From Myxococcota bacterium (GTDB taxonomy: Bacteria; Myxococcota_A; SURF-8), in the NCBI GenBank assembly GCA_963674735.2, contig CAXXQS010000002.1, forward strand, positions 2,272,001-2,336,000: a stretch of DNA of 64,000 nt. The letters run 5' to 3'. The notes beneath the pieces were generated by a model. That model was not told where the DNA came from and did not search any database. It saw only the letters and a list, made by a program, of their open reading frames with translations. The stretch's first letter is position 1. Each line of letters begins with the position of its first letter. Shown here piece after piece: positions 49,151-59,126 of this stretch. Position numbers and translations under genes: made by a program.

Positions 49151-49188
49151 AGTCTCTGATCCACATCAGGATTAAACAAACATCCCAC

Positions 49189-49214
49189 AAAAAAGCCCCC
49201 TCGGCTGAGGGGGC
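49189..49214 (-). terminator. Intrinsic terminator after purH
   Basis: GCCCCCTC-GGCT-GAGGGGGC hairpin with an A6 run on +. Confidence 0.7.
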
Positions 49215-49244
49215 GTAATCGTAGCGGGAAAAGCTTCGCGGCGT

Positions 49245-50495
49245 TTAGTGGCGGAAGCTGCGTTGGCCCGTGAAGACCATCGTCGCTCCGGCTTCGTTGC
49301 AGGCTTCGATCGACTGGTAGTCGTTCATCGAGCCGCCCGCCTGCAGGATGGCTTTCACGCCCTCGCGCAGGCCCACGTCCACGCCGTCGCGGAAGGGGAA
49401 GAAGGCGTCGGAGATCATCACCGAGCCGGGCAGGCCGCCCTTGGCTTCGCGCACGGCGGCGTCGATGGCGGCTTTGGCGTCGGCGTCCTGCAGGTCGTTG
49501 TAGGGCATCTGGTGGCGCTCGAAGCAAAGGCGGTCGGACAATTTGCGGTAGGCCTTGTCGCGCGCGATTTCGGCCACGCCCACGCGGTCCTGCTCGCCGG
49601 TGCCGATGCCCACGGTGACGCCGTCCTTGACGTACAGGATGGAGTTGGAGGTTACGCCCGCTTCGACCATCCAGCCGAAGATCATGTCGCGTACTTCCTG
49701 CTCGCTGGGCTCACGGTTGATTTTATAGGTCTGGCCTTTGTAGTCCGTTTCGGCCAGCTTCAGTTCGGCGGGCGTCTGCCCTACCGGCGTGAAACTGTTC
49801 TGCACGATCAGGCCGCCGTCGATCAGACTTTTGAATTCGAGGGTTTTGGTGGGCGCGAATTCCTTGAGGCGCTGCATGTTGCCGATTTTCAGGATGCGTA
49901 GGTTTTTGCGCGCCGCCAGAATTTCCACCGCGCCTTCTTCATATTCCGGGGCGACCACCACTTCGGCGTAACGTTGAGCGATTTCGCGGGCGGTGTCGGT
50001 GTCGCAGGCACGGTTCAGGGCGATGCAGCCGCCGAAGGCCGCCACGCGGTCGGCCAGATCGGCCTTCACATAGGCCTCGGCCAGGGAGGTCGCGCGCGCC
50101 ACACCGCAGGGGTTGTTGTGCTTCATGATGGCGACGGTGGGTTCGTCCATCAGGTAACGCAAAATATTGAGGGCGTTGTCGGCGTCGGTGAGGTTGGTTT
50201 TGCCCGGATGTTTACCCGATTGCAAAAGCTCCATATCGCTGACCAGGTAGCGTCCCGGCGCGATGGTGGTGATGTCGCCCAGCACCAGGTTGCCGTTGGT
50301 CAGTTTGTACAGCGCCGCTTCCTGCCCCGGATTTTCGCCGTAGCGCAGGCCTTTCTCGACGCCGTCGATGACCCAACTCGCCTTTTCGTAGCACAGCGTG
50401 GTCCGCTTGGCGCCGTCGATGAAACTCACTTCCATCTGCGGCGGGAAGTGGTCGTCCATAATGGTGCGATAGGCTTTTTTCAGATCGTCCGCCAT
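49245..50495 (-). CDS. purH: AICAR transformylase half of a split PurH
   Basis: LRYGENPGQ, KHNNPCG, AFGG, EVVVAP, SDAFFPFRDG, MVFTGQRSFRH. Confidence 0.9.
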   Translation of the reverse strand: MADDLKKAYRTIMDDHFPPQMEVSFIDGAKRTTLCYEKASWVIDGVEKGLRYGENPGQEAALYKLTNGNLVLGDITTIAPGRYLVSDMELLQSGKHPGKTNLTDADNALNILRYLMDEPTVAIMKHNNPCGVARATSLAEAYVKADLADRVAAFGGCIALNRACDTDTAREIAQRYAEVVVAPEYEEGAVEILAARKNLRILKIGNMQRLKEFAPTKTLEFKSLIDGGLIVQNSFTPVGQTPAELKLAETDYKGQTYKINREPSEQEVRDMIFGWMVEAGVTSNSILYVKDGVTVGIGTGEQDRVGVAEIARDKAYRKLSDRLCFERHQMPYNDLQDADAKAAIDAAVREAKGGLPGSVMISDAFFPFRDGVDVGLREGVKAILQAGGSMNDYQSIEACNEAGATMVFTGQRSFRH

Positions 50496-50529
50496 AACTT
50501 ACTCCTTTATCATCGGCCGAAGACGCCGA

Positions 50530-51219
50530 CTAGATTTTGTCGCGATGGGTGTACAGGGTGGCTACGGAGCCGGGCTCCCGCTCGTTGAGATAGGCCGCGA
50601 TGGCCGTATCGTAGGCGGCGGTATGGGCAAAGGCCTTTTGGCTGAGCTTGAATCGGGTTGCCAGGTTGAGCTGTCCGCCGTTGTCGCGCAGCATGTCGAG
50701 CAGGAAACGGTAATCGGCCGGATTGACCACCGACGAGACGCGCAGGTAGTTTTTGGCCGCCGCGCGGATCATGGTGGGGCCGCCGATGTCGATGTTGCCG
50801 CGCGCCTGTTCGACGGTGACGCCTTCTTTGGCGATGGTTTCTTTAAAGGGATAGAGATTGACCACCACCATATCGATGGGGTAGCCGTCCACCCGCTTCA
50901 GGTCGTCCTGGTGGGAGTCGTTGTAGGTTTCGGTGAGCAACCCGAGATAGATTTTGAAATCGAGGGTTTTCACCAGTCCGCCCTGGGTTTCCGGCTGGCC
51001 GGTGTACTCGGAAACCGGTGTCAGATGGCCCTTGGCTTTGTCGCCCAGGATCTTTTCGATGGCGGCGTAGGTGCCGCCGGTGGAGTAGAACTGGATTTCG
51101 GGGATCAGTTCCAGAAGGCCGGGGATCAGCGTGTCGAGGCCGGACTTGTCGGAAACCGAAATCAGGACGCGTTTGACGGCCACCCAGTTGTCTACGTCGG
51201 TTACGAAATTGACGGACAT
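50530..51219 (-). CDS. purH: IMP cyclohydrolase (MGS-like) half of a split PurH
   Basis: LISVSDKSG, STGGT, GGLVKTL, VVNLYPF, IDIGGPTMIRAAAKN, FAHTAAYD. Confidence 0.9.
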   Translation of the reverse strand: MSVNFVTDVDNWVAVKRVLISVSDKSGLDTLIPGLLELIPEIQFYSTGGTYAAIEKILGDKAKGHLTPVSEYTGQPETQGGLVKTLDFKIYLGLLTETYNDSHQDDLKRVDGYPIDMVVVNLYPFKETIAKEGVTVEQARGNIDIGGPTMIRAAAKNYLRVSSVVNPADYRFLLDMLRDNGGQLNLATRFKLSQKAFAHTAAYDTAIAAYLNEREPGSVATLYTHRDKI

Positions 51220-51262
51220 GATACCCTCCACGAAAGATTGACAGTCATTGACAGTGCGGCCC

Positions 51263-51290
51263 CACTATAGCGATCCCGTAAAAAATTTCA
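51263..51290 (-). promoter_or_regulatory. Putative sigma70 promoter of the purH genes
   Basis: Minus strand TTGAAA-N16-TATAGT. Confidence 0.45.
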
Positions 51291-51461
51291 AGCCAAAAAA
51301 AGGCCCTTTGCAAGTACTTGTAAATGCCTGTGATTCCGCAGCTTATTGGATCGCATGGAACGAATTGGCTTGGTTTTGCTTACATGACTGATGAAAAAAA
51401 CGACGACCGGATATTCCGATCGCCGTGAGTTTACAGGTTTTACAGATCGGATATATGTTTT

Positions 51462-52040
51462 TCAGGACGCGCGTGCCTGTTCGAACACGGACAGATTGGC
51501 CTCCAGCGCATGAGGCGGCAGCACTGCCTGCAAGGTTTCGCGCAGAATATCGGCGCTGAGGCCCTCAACTAAATCAAGGCTGGCGAGGCGACCGAGAAGC
51601 GCCACGTTCGACATGCGCACATCCGGAATTCCCTGAACAAAGACCTTTTCGACTTTGATGCGCTTTTCCTTTAGCGGGCTGGCGAGGTCGTCATCATTGG
51701 GATAGGGAGCCTGACCGCTGCGCACCATCTGGGGTTGCTGCACGGCGTTGTAGTAGACCAACGTGCCGCCCGGTTTGAGCATGCTCGTCGCTCCGCGCAG
51801 ACCTTCCAGGCGTTCGAGCGCGATGACCAAATCGGCTTCGCCCGGCGGTGTCATGGGGTAAAAGACGCTTTGGCCGATACGCAGATGCGAGACGACGATT
51901 CCACCGCGCTGGGCCAGACCGTGGGTTTCCACCGAGCGCACCTGATATCCGGCCGCCAGACAGGCACGCGAAAGCACCTCGCCCAAAAGCGCGATACCCT
52001 GGCCGCCCACACCGCATAGATAGAGATTCATGGCTTTCAT
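51462..52040 (-). CDS. iorB: Indolepyruvate:ferredoxin oxidoreductase beta subunit
   Basis: CGVGGQG, ETHGLAQRGGIVVSHLRIG, ADLVIALERLE. Confidence 0.9.
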   Translation of the reverse strand: MKAMNLYLCGVGGQGIALLGEVLSRACLAAGYQVRSVETHGLAQRGGIVVSHLRIGQSVFYPMTPPGEADLVIALERLEGLRGATSMLKPGGTLVYYNAVQQPQMVRSGQAPYPNDDDLASPLKEKRIKVEKVFVQGIPDVRMSNVALLGRLASLDLVEGLSADILRETLQAVLPPHALEANLSVFEQARAS

Positions 52041-53938
52041 TTCAGCACCTCTTGGCGTTTCTTCATGACGAGCCCGCCGCTCGGACTCGACGGCCGGCAG
52101 CTTCCACAGCCGATGCATAGAGAGGCGTTGACCCCCACCGTATCGTCGTCTTGGCGTTCGAAGCTCGGGCAGCCGAAGCCTACGATGGCCTCGTTTTCGC
52201 CTTGCGGGATTTTCTCGGATTCGACCGTCATCAGCATGGGCGGTTGCAGGCCTTTTTTGCTGAGCTGGCGTCCCCATTTTAGCATGCAGGGATGGGACGC
52301 CACCACCACCGAAAAGCCCTTGTGGTCCATCGAGGTTTTGATGGCGGTCAGCAGTTTGTCGTGATTGTAGCAATCGACCGTATCGATCACCTTGGCCCCC
52401 ATCCCTTCCAAAACGTTTTGGATGGGTATCTTCTCGCCCACCTCGCCGGAGCCCGGATTGGGCTGCTGGCCGGTCATGGCGGTGGTGCCGTTTTCCATGA
52501 CGATCAGGGTGATGTCGTGATCGTAGAGCACGGCGTTGACGATCCCCGGCATCCCGGCGTGGTAGAAGGTCGAATCGCCGAGAAAGGCCACCACCTTGCG
52601 CGTGTCGTTGCCGATGGACAAGCCTGCTGCGGTACCGGTGGAATGGCCCATGCACAGCAGCACCTGCCCCACGTTGTAGGGTTCGAAGGCGCCCATGGTG
52701 TGGCAGCCGATGTCGGCCACGGTGATGTCGCTGTCGCCGAGCGCTTTTTTGACGGCGAAGAAGGCGGCGCGGTGGCCGCAGCCGGAACAGAACGTGGGCG
52801 CACGCGGGGGTAAATTTTGTACCGGCGATGGGCCGGATTCTCGCGGCGTGAACAGCTTGGGCCAGACGCCCGCCAAGATGTCCCAGGTGGCGCGCGGTCC
52901 CAATTCGCCTGGCAGGTAGCGGTCGGGTTTGGCGTGCAGCTTGACGGAAATCCCGGCGTCGAAGGCCAGCGCCTTCAACTCCTGCTCCATGACGCGGTCG
53001 AGTTCTTCCACGACCAGCACTTCGTCGTGATTCTGCATGAATTCAACGAGGTGGCGTTTGGGCAGCGGATAGCTTAAGCCCAGGCGGAAGAGATCGATGG
53101 GGTGCTTGCTTTCGCTGAGATTTTCGAGCAGCGACAAAGCGGGCAGGGAGGCGGTGATCAAGCCCAGGCGCTTGCCGTCGATCAGCTCCGAACTGTTGGG
53201 GGATAGCACTTGATTGGCTGCATGCGTTTCGGCTTCCTCCGCCACGGCGTTCAGCTTGGCGAGTGCGCGCGCCTTCATGGGGTCGACCAGGCGCGTGATG
53301 GGGATGAACGGCCCGCCGTTTTCGGGGCTGAAACGCGGGGTCCAGTCGTAATCGGAGTCGGGGCTCCAGGAGGCGAAGTCGACCACCTCGCGGGCGTGAC
53401 AGACGTGTGTCGTCAACCGCAGAAAGACCGGCATGCGACGTGTTTGCGACAACTCGGCCGCCTGTAGAAACATGCGATAGGTTTCGCCGGGGGTGGCGGG
53501 TTCGAACATCGGGATGTAGGACATGCGGGCGAAGTGGCGATTGTCCTGCTCGTTCTGCGACGAATTCATGCCCGGATCGTCGCCCAGGATGATGACCATG
53601 CCGCCCAGCAGTTCCATCAGCGCCAACTGCACCGCCGAATCGGAGGCGACGTTGAGCCCGACGGACTTGAAAAAGACGGTGGACAGATGCCCGTTCATAC
53701 TCGCGCCGAAGGCTACTTCCAACGCCACTTTTTCGTTGACGGAATATTCGAAGCGGAATGGCCGTTCCTCGACCCGGATCGACTGGATAGCGTCGGCGAT
53801 TTCGGGTGTGGGTGAGCCGGGGTAGGTGGTGGTCACCTTGACCCCCGCCTCGATCATGCCGCGCACGAGCGCGTGATTTCCCATCATCAACTCCGAAAAC
53901 GCCTCGGTCGAGAGAAGTTGTTCGTTTAATCGTTTCAT
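52037..53938 (-). CDS. iorA: Indolepyruvate:ferredoxin oxidoreductase alpha subunit
   Basis: MGNHALVRG, YPGSPTPE, NEKVALE, DDPGMNSSQNEQDNR, FCSGCGHR, DIGCH, GDSTFYH, TTAMTGQQP. Confidence 0.92.
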   Translation of the reverse strand: MKRLNEQLLSTEAFSELMMGNHALVRGMIEAGVKVTTTYPGSPTPEIADAIQSIRVEERPFRFEYSVNEKVALEVAFGASMNGHLSTVFFKSVGLNVASDSAVQLALMELLGGMVIILGDDPGMNSSQNEQDNRHFARMSYIPMFEPATPGETYRMFLQAAELSQTRRMPVFLRLTTHVCHAREVVDFASWSPDSDYDWTPRFSPENGGPFIPITRLVDPMKARALAKLNAVAEEAETHAANQVLSPNSSELIDGKRLGLITASLPALSLLENLSESKHPIDLFRLGLSYPLPKRHLVEFMQNHDEVLVVEELDRVMEQELKALAFDAGISVKLHAKPDRYLPGELGPRATWDILAGVWPKLFTPRESGPSPVQNLPPRAPTFCSGCGHRAAFFAVKKALGDSDITVADIGCHTMGAFEPYNVGQVLLCMGHSTGTAAGLSIGNDTRKVVAFLGDSTFYHAGMPGIVNAVLYDHDITLIVMENGTTAMTGQQPNPGSGEVGEKIPIQNVLEGMGAKVIDTVDCYNHDKLLTAIKTSMDHKGFSVVVASHPCMLKWGRQLSKKGLQPPMLMTVESEKIPQGENEAIVGFGCPSFERQDDDTVGVNASLCIGCGSCRPSSPSGGLVMKKRQEVLK

Positions 53939-54146
53939 CGGCACTCCTTCGGCTCGCGTCGCCTCTTTCACTCGGCGGGGCCGCCCTTGGGAGCGGTCCA
54001 CGCAAACGGGGCGGCGGGTCGCCATGGATCAATCGAGATTGCTTTCAATAGAAGGCTGAACGGGGGGGTGAAATTCCGCTTTTTCGTTTTCGGCGAAACG
54101 TGTTGGGATGTCTAGGGTTTTATGTGTCTGGAGCTTGGGATACCGC

Positions 54147-54608
54147 TCAGGTGTTGCGGAATTGGTCGCGGCCGCTGACATCGGAAGGGAGCGAGGTGAT
54201 GGAGAAGGTGGCCTGTCCGATGGCCATTAAGCGATCGGATTCATTGTAAAGTTTCATCTCGGACATGATCAGGCTTCTACCGACATGCAGGATGTCTCCA
54301 ATCGAGTAGAGCGCTTCCGCGCGCGCGGCGCGAAGGAGTTTCATGGAAAAATCCACGGTCGCCACCCAGGTATCGACCTGCGTGGCCGCCGTAAACCACC
54401 CGGCGTTGTCGAGCAGGGTGGCGTAAATGCCGCCGTGGATGCCGCCCAGAGCATGGTCGAAATCGGCTTTGTAGGGCATGTCGAAGCGGGCCTGACCGTT
54501 GGATTGGTAGCTGAGTTCCATATTCAAGGCATGCTTGATGGGAGCGTTGTCGAACAACTCCTTCAGGCGTTTCTGACGGCGTTCGAGCGTCGCGAGCGAT
54601 TCAGGCAT
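54147..54608 (-). CDS. PaaI-family hotdog thioesterase
   Basis: GGIHGGIYATLLDNAG motif. Confidence 0.88.
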   Translation of the reverse strand: MPESLATLERRQKRLKELFDNAPIKHALNMELSYQSNGQARFDMPYKADFDHALGGIHGGIYATLLDNAGWFTAATQVDTWVATVDFSMKLLRAARAEALYSIGDILHVGRSLIMSEMKLYNESDRLMAIGQATFSITSLPSDVSGRDQFRNT

Positions 54609-54629
54609 GACGACTCCTTGGGGATGATG

Positions 54630-54965
54630 CTAGTCGGTTTCCGGTACTTCGGAATTGGTCTTTGTTTCGGTATCTGTTGTTTCGCGACAGAACGGCAGAC
54701 CATATTCCGGGCAGAAGATTTCCTTTCTTGGTAATTGCCAGATCTCGGGCTGGGTTTCAACGCACATCAATTCCTCGGGTGTCATTTTACAATAAAGAAG
54801 CTTGTCATGTTCACCGAAGACGCGTTGAACTACCCAGACGTGGCCGTTAGTCGTCGGACTGATACTTTCATAAAACATCCGATGCTCGGATGGTGCAGGA
54901 GATGCACAGTTGATCAGGCCAACAAGCGCGACTACCAGCAGAAGATGAAAGAGAAGTCTTCTCAT
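54630..54965 (-). CDS. Small putative lipoprotein
   Basis: MRRLLFHLLLVVALVGLINC signal peptide with a Cys; four more Cys downstream. Confidence 0.55.
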   Translation of the reverse strand: MRRLLFHLLLVVALVGLINCASPAPSEHRMFYESISPTTNGHVWVVQRVFGEHDKLLYCKMTPEELMCVETQPEIWQLPRKEIFCPEYGLPFCRETTDTETKTNSEVPETD

Positions 54966-55123
54966 AATTTCACCTGTTGTCGTGTTTGATAAACCATGAC
55001 TACCAAAGTTTGGTCGTGGCGGCAACTCATAATGAATCGATGCCTGCGCTTCGGGCTTGGCGGACGGCCCAAGGTGTGCTACATAGGCAAGCCTGACTGT
55101 GTGACCGGAGGTATGTGCCACCC

Positions 55124-56200
55124 ATGTCCGTCATTCACGAATCGCCAGCCTCATCATCCGCCGTCGTTGCGGACAATGCCCTCGCGCGTCCTCTCGTTGT
55201 GCGCGGCGTGACGATCCCCAACCGCTTGTTTCTGGCCCCGGTGGACGGCATCTTCGATTACCCGGCGCGTGCCTTGGCCAAACGGCGCGGGGTGGGGCTG
55301 ACCTGCTCCGAGATGGTCCCGGCCCAGGGACTGAAGTTCAATCGGGGTAAACTGCTGGTCAAATTCGATCGCTCCCCGGATGAGCGACCTTTTCAGGTGC
55401 AGCTCTCCGATCAGAATCCGGACTTGCTGGCGCGTATGGCCGCCGGGATCGAAGAACACGGTTACGGTGAACTGGTGGACCTCAACATGGGGTGCCCGTC
55501 GCGCCTGGTTACCGCCAGCGGTCACGGGGCGGCGTTATTGAAAGACCCCGCGTTGATTCGCGAGATCGTCAAGTCCGTGCGGGCGGCGATCACGTTGCCG
55601 TTGTCGATCAAGATTCGCCTCGGCTGGGACGCCCACTCGATCAACGCGCTGGAGGTGGCGCGCATCGCGGAGGGCGAAGGGGCCGACTTCATCACCGTGC
55701 ACGCACGCACGCGCGCTCAAGCCTTCGGCGGAAACGCGGATTGGTCGATGATTGCGGCGGTGAAACAGGCGGTCACGATTCCGGTCGTGGGCAACGGCGA
55801 CGTGAATTCAGCCGAATCCGCGCAGCGGATGCTACGCGAAACCGCTTGCGATGCGGTGATGGTGGCGCGCGCCGCCTTCGGCAATCCCTGGCTCATCGAG
55901 CGCATTCTCAGTGGGGACGATACGCGCCGCGGTTCCGCCGCCGAACGTCGCCAAGAGGTGTTCGCGCACCTGGCCTTGCAGTTCGAGTGGATAAAAAGCG
56001 AGCGCGTAGCGGTGCGACAGATGCGCAAACACCTGGCCTGGTATGTCAAATCGCTGCCCCACGCCGCTCGTTTTCGTCGGGAAGCGCTTATCATCCCCGA
56101 CCGTGCCACCTTGGAGGCCTATCTCACGACCTATTTCGACGAACTCGAAGCCCGCGAAGCGGCGCGCCACGCGGAAACGGAATCGACGCCATCCACGTAG
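55124..56200 (+). CDS. dusB: tRNA-dihydrouridine synthase
   Basis: LAPVDG, DLNMGCP, KIRLGW, VHARTR, GNGDV, RKHLAWY. Confidence 0.9.
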   Translation: MSVIHESPASSSAVVADNALARPLVVRGVTIPNRLFLAPVDGIFDYPARALAKRRGVGLTCSEMVPAQGLKFNRGKLLVKFDRSPDERPFQVQLSDQNPDLLARMAAGIEEHGYGELVDLNMGCPSRLVTASGHGAALLKDPALIREIVKSVRAAITLPLSIKIRLGWDAHSINALEVARIAEGEGADFITVHARTRAQAFGGNADWSMIAAVKQAVTIPVVGNGDVNSAESAQRMLRETACDAVMVARAAFGNPWLIERILSGDDTRRGSAAERRQEVFAHLALQFEWIKSERVAVRQMRKHLAWYVKSLPHAARFRREALIIPDRATLEAYLTTYFDELEAREAARHAETESTPST

Positions 56201-56306
56201 GCGTTTTTTCGAGTCGCTTGTTCGCGGCGGTCCACTCTGCTAAAATGGCGGCCCACGTTCGATTTCGAGTGCGGGAAATGAATCTCCAACATGAATAGGA
56301 GCCTCG

Positions 56307-57593
56307 ATGCGGCCGCTCACGCTCATCCTGCTGTTTGGCTTTCTGATCGGACTGCTTGCTTGCAGTGGCGGTGCGGCTTCGTCGACGGCGGGCGATGAGG
56401 ATCATTCGGACCTGGATCTCTATCCCTGGCCCGACGGCGATCGGAATCTGAACGGTGATGTGGAGGACCGTGACGGAGATTCCGATGACGAGCGATTCGA
56501 CCGCGACAGCCCGGATGGAGACATCGTTGATGGGGATGGCTTCGATGGTGAGCAGGACGTCGATTACGAACTGCCGCCACCGGGAGATGTGTGCTTGGAG
56601 ATCGACGGGCGGCTCGATCTCGGTTGCGATGGCGTGTTCGACCGTGCCTGCATCACGCGTCGCAGCGACATCCACGGTCGGGAGGTGGAATCCTGGCGCG
56701 ATGATGACTGCGACGGCACACCCGACAGCTTCTGTTCCACCACAAGCTACGACGATGCCGCCCGCTCGACCTTGGAAACCGCCGACGACGACTGCGACGG
56801 AGTCGCCGATCTGTGCACCACGCGTTTTTTCGATGCCTATGGGCGCGTGGAGCGGTTGGAGATCGATCAGGGCTGCCTGGCAGAGACGAGCGCATGCCAG
56901 TGGATCGGCTATCAGACCGCTTCGCAGGAACGCGCGAGCGGCTTCGACCAGGACTGCGATGGGACACTCGATAGCTTGTGCGTGTTCGAAACCTTCGATG
57001 CGGCCGGTTTGCTCATCCTTGAACGCGAGGAACCTGCCTGCGATGGGACTGCTCAACGTTGCTTGGCTTACTCCTACGACGAGTGGGGAGGGTTGACGCG
57101 GCTTGTCCACGATGAGGGTTGCGATGGTTCGCCCGAAAACTGTTACGTGTTCACCAACGATGCCGCCGGGCGGGTGGTCTCCGAGGCGCGTGACATGGAC
57201 TGCGACGATTCGCTCGACTTCGATTGCATCAGCCGTGCGTTCGACGAACAGGGGCGATTGGCGTCTGAATACCTGGATGACGATTGCGATGGCACACCCG
57301 AGCATTGTACGGATGTGTCCAGCGATACCCAGGGGCGGCGCGTGGAAACACTGAGCGACTGCGGAGAACGGATTTGGGCCTGCATCACCCGCAGGCTGGA
57401 TGCCGAGGGACGTCTGCTTGAGGTGCGGGACGACCGCGAATGTGATGACAGCAGCGATCCCAATGACCGTTGCGATACCTACACTTACGACGCGGCCGGA
57501 AACCGGAGTGAACAAAGCACCGATCTTGCCTGCGACGGCGTCCCCGACGAATGCCGCGCTTGGAATTACGCGTGTTTTGCAGTCGCCGACTGA
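56307..57593 (+). CDS. Lipoprotein with about 12 Cys-paired YD-like repeats
   Basis: Lipobox LLAC, DGD-rich linker, repeats DxxCDGxxDxCxxxx(Y/F)DxxGR. Confidence 0.75.
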   Translation: MRPLTLILLFGFLIGLLACSGGAASSTAGDEDHSDLDLYPWPDGDRNLNGDVEDRDGDSDDERFDRDSPDGDIVDGDGFDGEQDVDYELPPPGDVCLEIDGRLDLGCDGVFDRACITRRSDIHGREVESWRDDDCDGTPDSFCSTTSYDDAARSTLETADDDCDGVADLCTTRFFDAYGRVERLEIDQGCLAETSACQWIGYQTASQERASGFDQDCDGTLDSLCVFETFDAAGLLILEREEPACDGTAQRCLAYSYDEWGGLTRLVHDEGCDGSPENCYVFTNDAAGRVVSEARDMDCDDSLDFDCISRAFDEQGRLASEYLDDDCDGTPEHCTDVSSDTQGRRVETLSDCGERIWACITRRLDAEGRLLEVRDDRECDDSSDPNDRCDTYTYDAAGNRSEQSTDLACDGVPDECRAWNYACFAVAD

Positions 57594-57608
57594 GGGAGAA
57601 AGCGACCC

Positions 57609-59126
57609 ATGACCCTTTCGGATAGAGAGCGTTTGCGCCTTGGTTGGTTGTGTCTGGTGCTGCTACTGCTGTGCGCGTGTTCCGATGAGGGTGATCGTCC
57701 CATCGATGGCGATAAAATGGCTTCTGATGGCGACGGGGATAGCTTCGATAATGACGCAACCGACGGCGACCGGGACGAGGTCGAAGAGGACGGGGAGGCG
57801 GAAGAAGAACGCGAGATCGATGTGGAAATTGATGAGGAGCCCGGCGAAACCTTCCCGCCCGAGTTGCAGACACCTCTGTTCGAGCGTGGTTTGATCTTAC
57901 CTCCCAATTCGCTGCCCTGTACCCCGGTGGAAACGGGCGTGCCGCAAAACAATTGCAATCACCACGGATCGACCGTCACCGAACTGGCCGACGGCACGGT
58001 GGCGGCGGTGTGGTATCACGGCGAATACGAGAAATCGCTCGATTCGCGCATCGTGTGGTCGCGCCTGGTTCCCGGGACTACCGAGTGGTCGCCGGTGGAA
58101 GTGCTGTATGACGATCCCGAGCATTCCGACGGCAACCCGGCGGTGTGGACCCGCGAAGACGGCCGCTTGTACGTTTTCGTGGCGACTTTGTGGGAGGGAA
58201 GCTGGGACAGCGTTAAGCTGCGGATGGTGACGTCCGACGATGATGGGGCGAACTGGTCCGACCCGATGTTTTTACGCGAAGCCTATTGCTGGAACGCGCG
58301 TCATCGTCCCTTGCGGCTGGAAGACGGCCGTCTGCTTTTACCGCTGTATCAGGAATGTCTGGCTTTGCCTGTTTTCATGCGTTCGGAAGATGATTTTGAG
58401 AGCCACTGGGAGGAACTCTACGATGCCACGGGAGAAAGTTTCCTCGATCACGTGGGTCAGATTCAACCGGCGCTGATTCGCCTCGGCGGCGGAGGCGTCG
58501 CCGCTTTGACGCGGGACGGTACGGCCGCCCATCGCATCCAGCGTATGGAAAGCTTCGATGGAGGTGAAAGCTGGACGCCGAGCACGCCGATCAACCTGCC
58601 CAACAGCGGAACGTCCATCGATCAGGTCCGTCTGCTCGACGGTCATGTGGTGGTGGTGTTCAACAACAGCCCCACGCTACGTTTTCCGCTCACGGTAGCG
58701 CTGAGCCTCGACGAGGGCCGCACCTTTACAGCCATCCGCACGGTTAACGACGACTGTCCCGAAGGTGGCTGCTCCTTCCATTATCCGTCGATCATGCAGA
58801 GCAAACACGACGGAACCATCTGGATCACGTATACCCACAAGCGAGAAACCATCGGTTGGGTGCATTTCAACGAGGCCTGGCTGGCCCAAGGTGGCGAGCT
58901 TTCCCGCTTCTTCTGCCTGCCGGGTGAAGGCTGTGTCGATGGAACCTGCTATCCGGTCTGTGATGACGGGAACTGCGGCGACGACCGAAGCTGTGTGGCG
59001 GGTGTCTGTCGTCGGGTTTGCCCCTGCGAAGCGGATGAAAGCTGCGACAGCGGCGGCTATTGCGCTCCGATTCCCGCTCCGAACCGGGTAGATGTTCTGT
59101 GTCAGGGAGATTGGCTGGAACGTTGA
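57609..59126 (+). CDS. BNR/Asp-box (sialidase-like) lipoprotein with a Cys-rich C-terminus
   Basis: Lipobox LCAC; Asp-boxes SDDDGANW, SFDGGESW, SLDEGRTF; HYPS. Confidence 0.82.
   Translation: MTLSDRERLRLGWLCLVLLLLCACSDEGDRPIDGDKMASDGDGDSFDNDATDGDRDEVEEDGEAEEEREIDVEIDEEPGETFPPELQTPLFERGLILPPNSLPCTPVETGVPQNNCNHHGSTVTELADGTVAAVWYHGEYEKSLDSRIVWSRLVPGTTEWSPVEVLYDDPEHSDGNPAVWTREDGRLYVFVATLWEGSWDSVKLRMVTSDDDGANWSDPMFLREAYCWNARHRPLRLEDGRLLLPLYQECLALPVFMRSEDDFESHWEELYDATGESFLDHVGQIQPALIRLGGGGVAALTRDGTAAHRIQRMESFDGGESWTPSTPINLPNSGTSIDQVRLLDGHVVVVFNNSPTLRFPLTVALSLDEGRTFTAIRTVNDDCPEGGCSFHYPSIMQSKHDGTIWITYTHKRETIGWVHFNEAWLAQGGELSRFFCLPGEGCVDGTCYPVCDDGNCGDDRSCVAGVCRRVCPCEADESCDSGGYCAPIPAPNRVDVLCQGDWLER

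Noticed and set aside
52041-52655. N-terminal extension of iorB in the ORF track
   Set aside because: It overlaps iorA in another frame; homology begins at MKAMNLYLCGVGGQG (52040).
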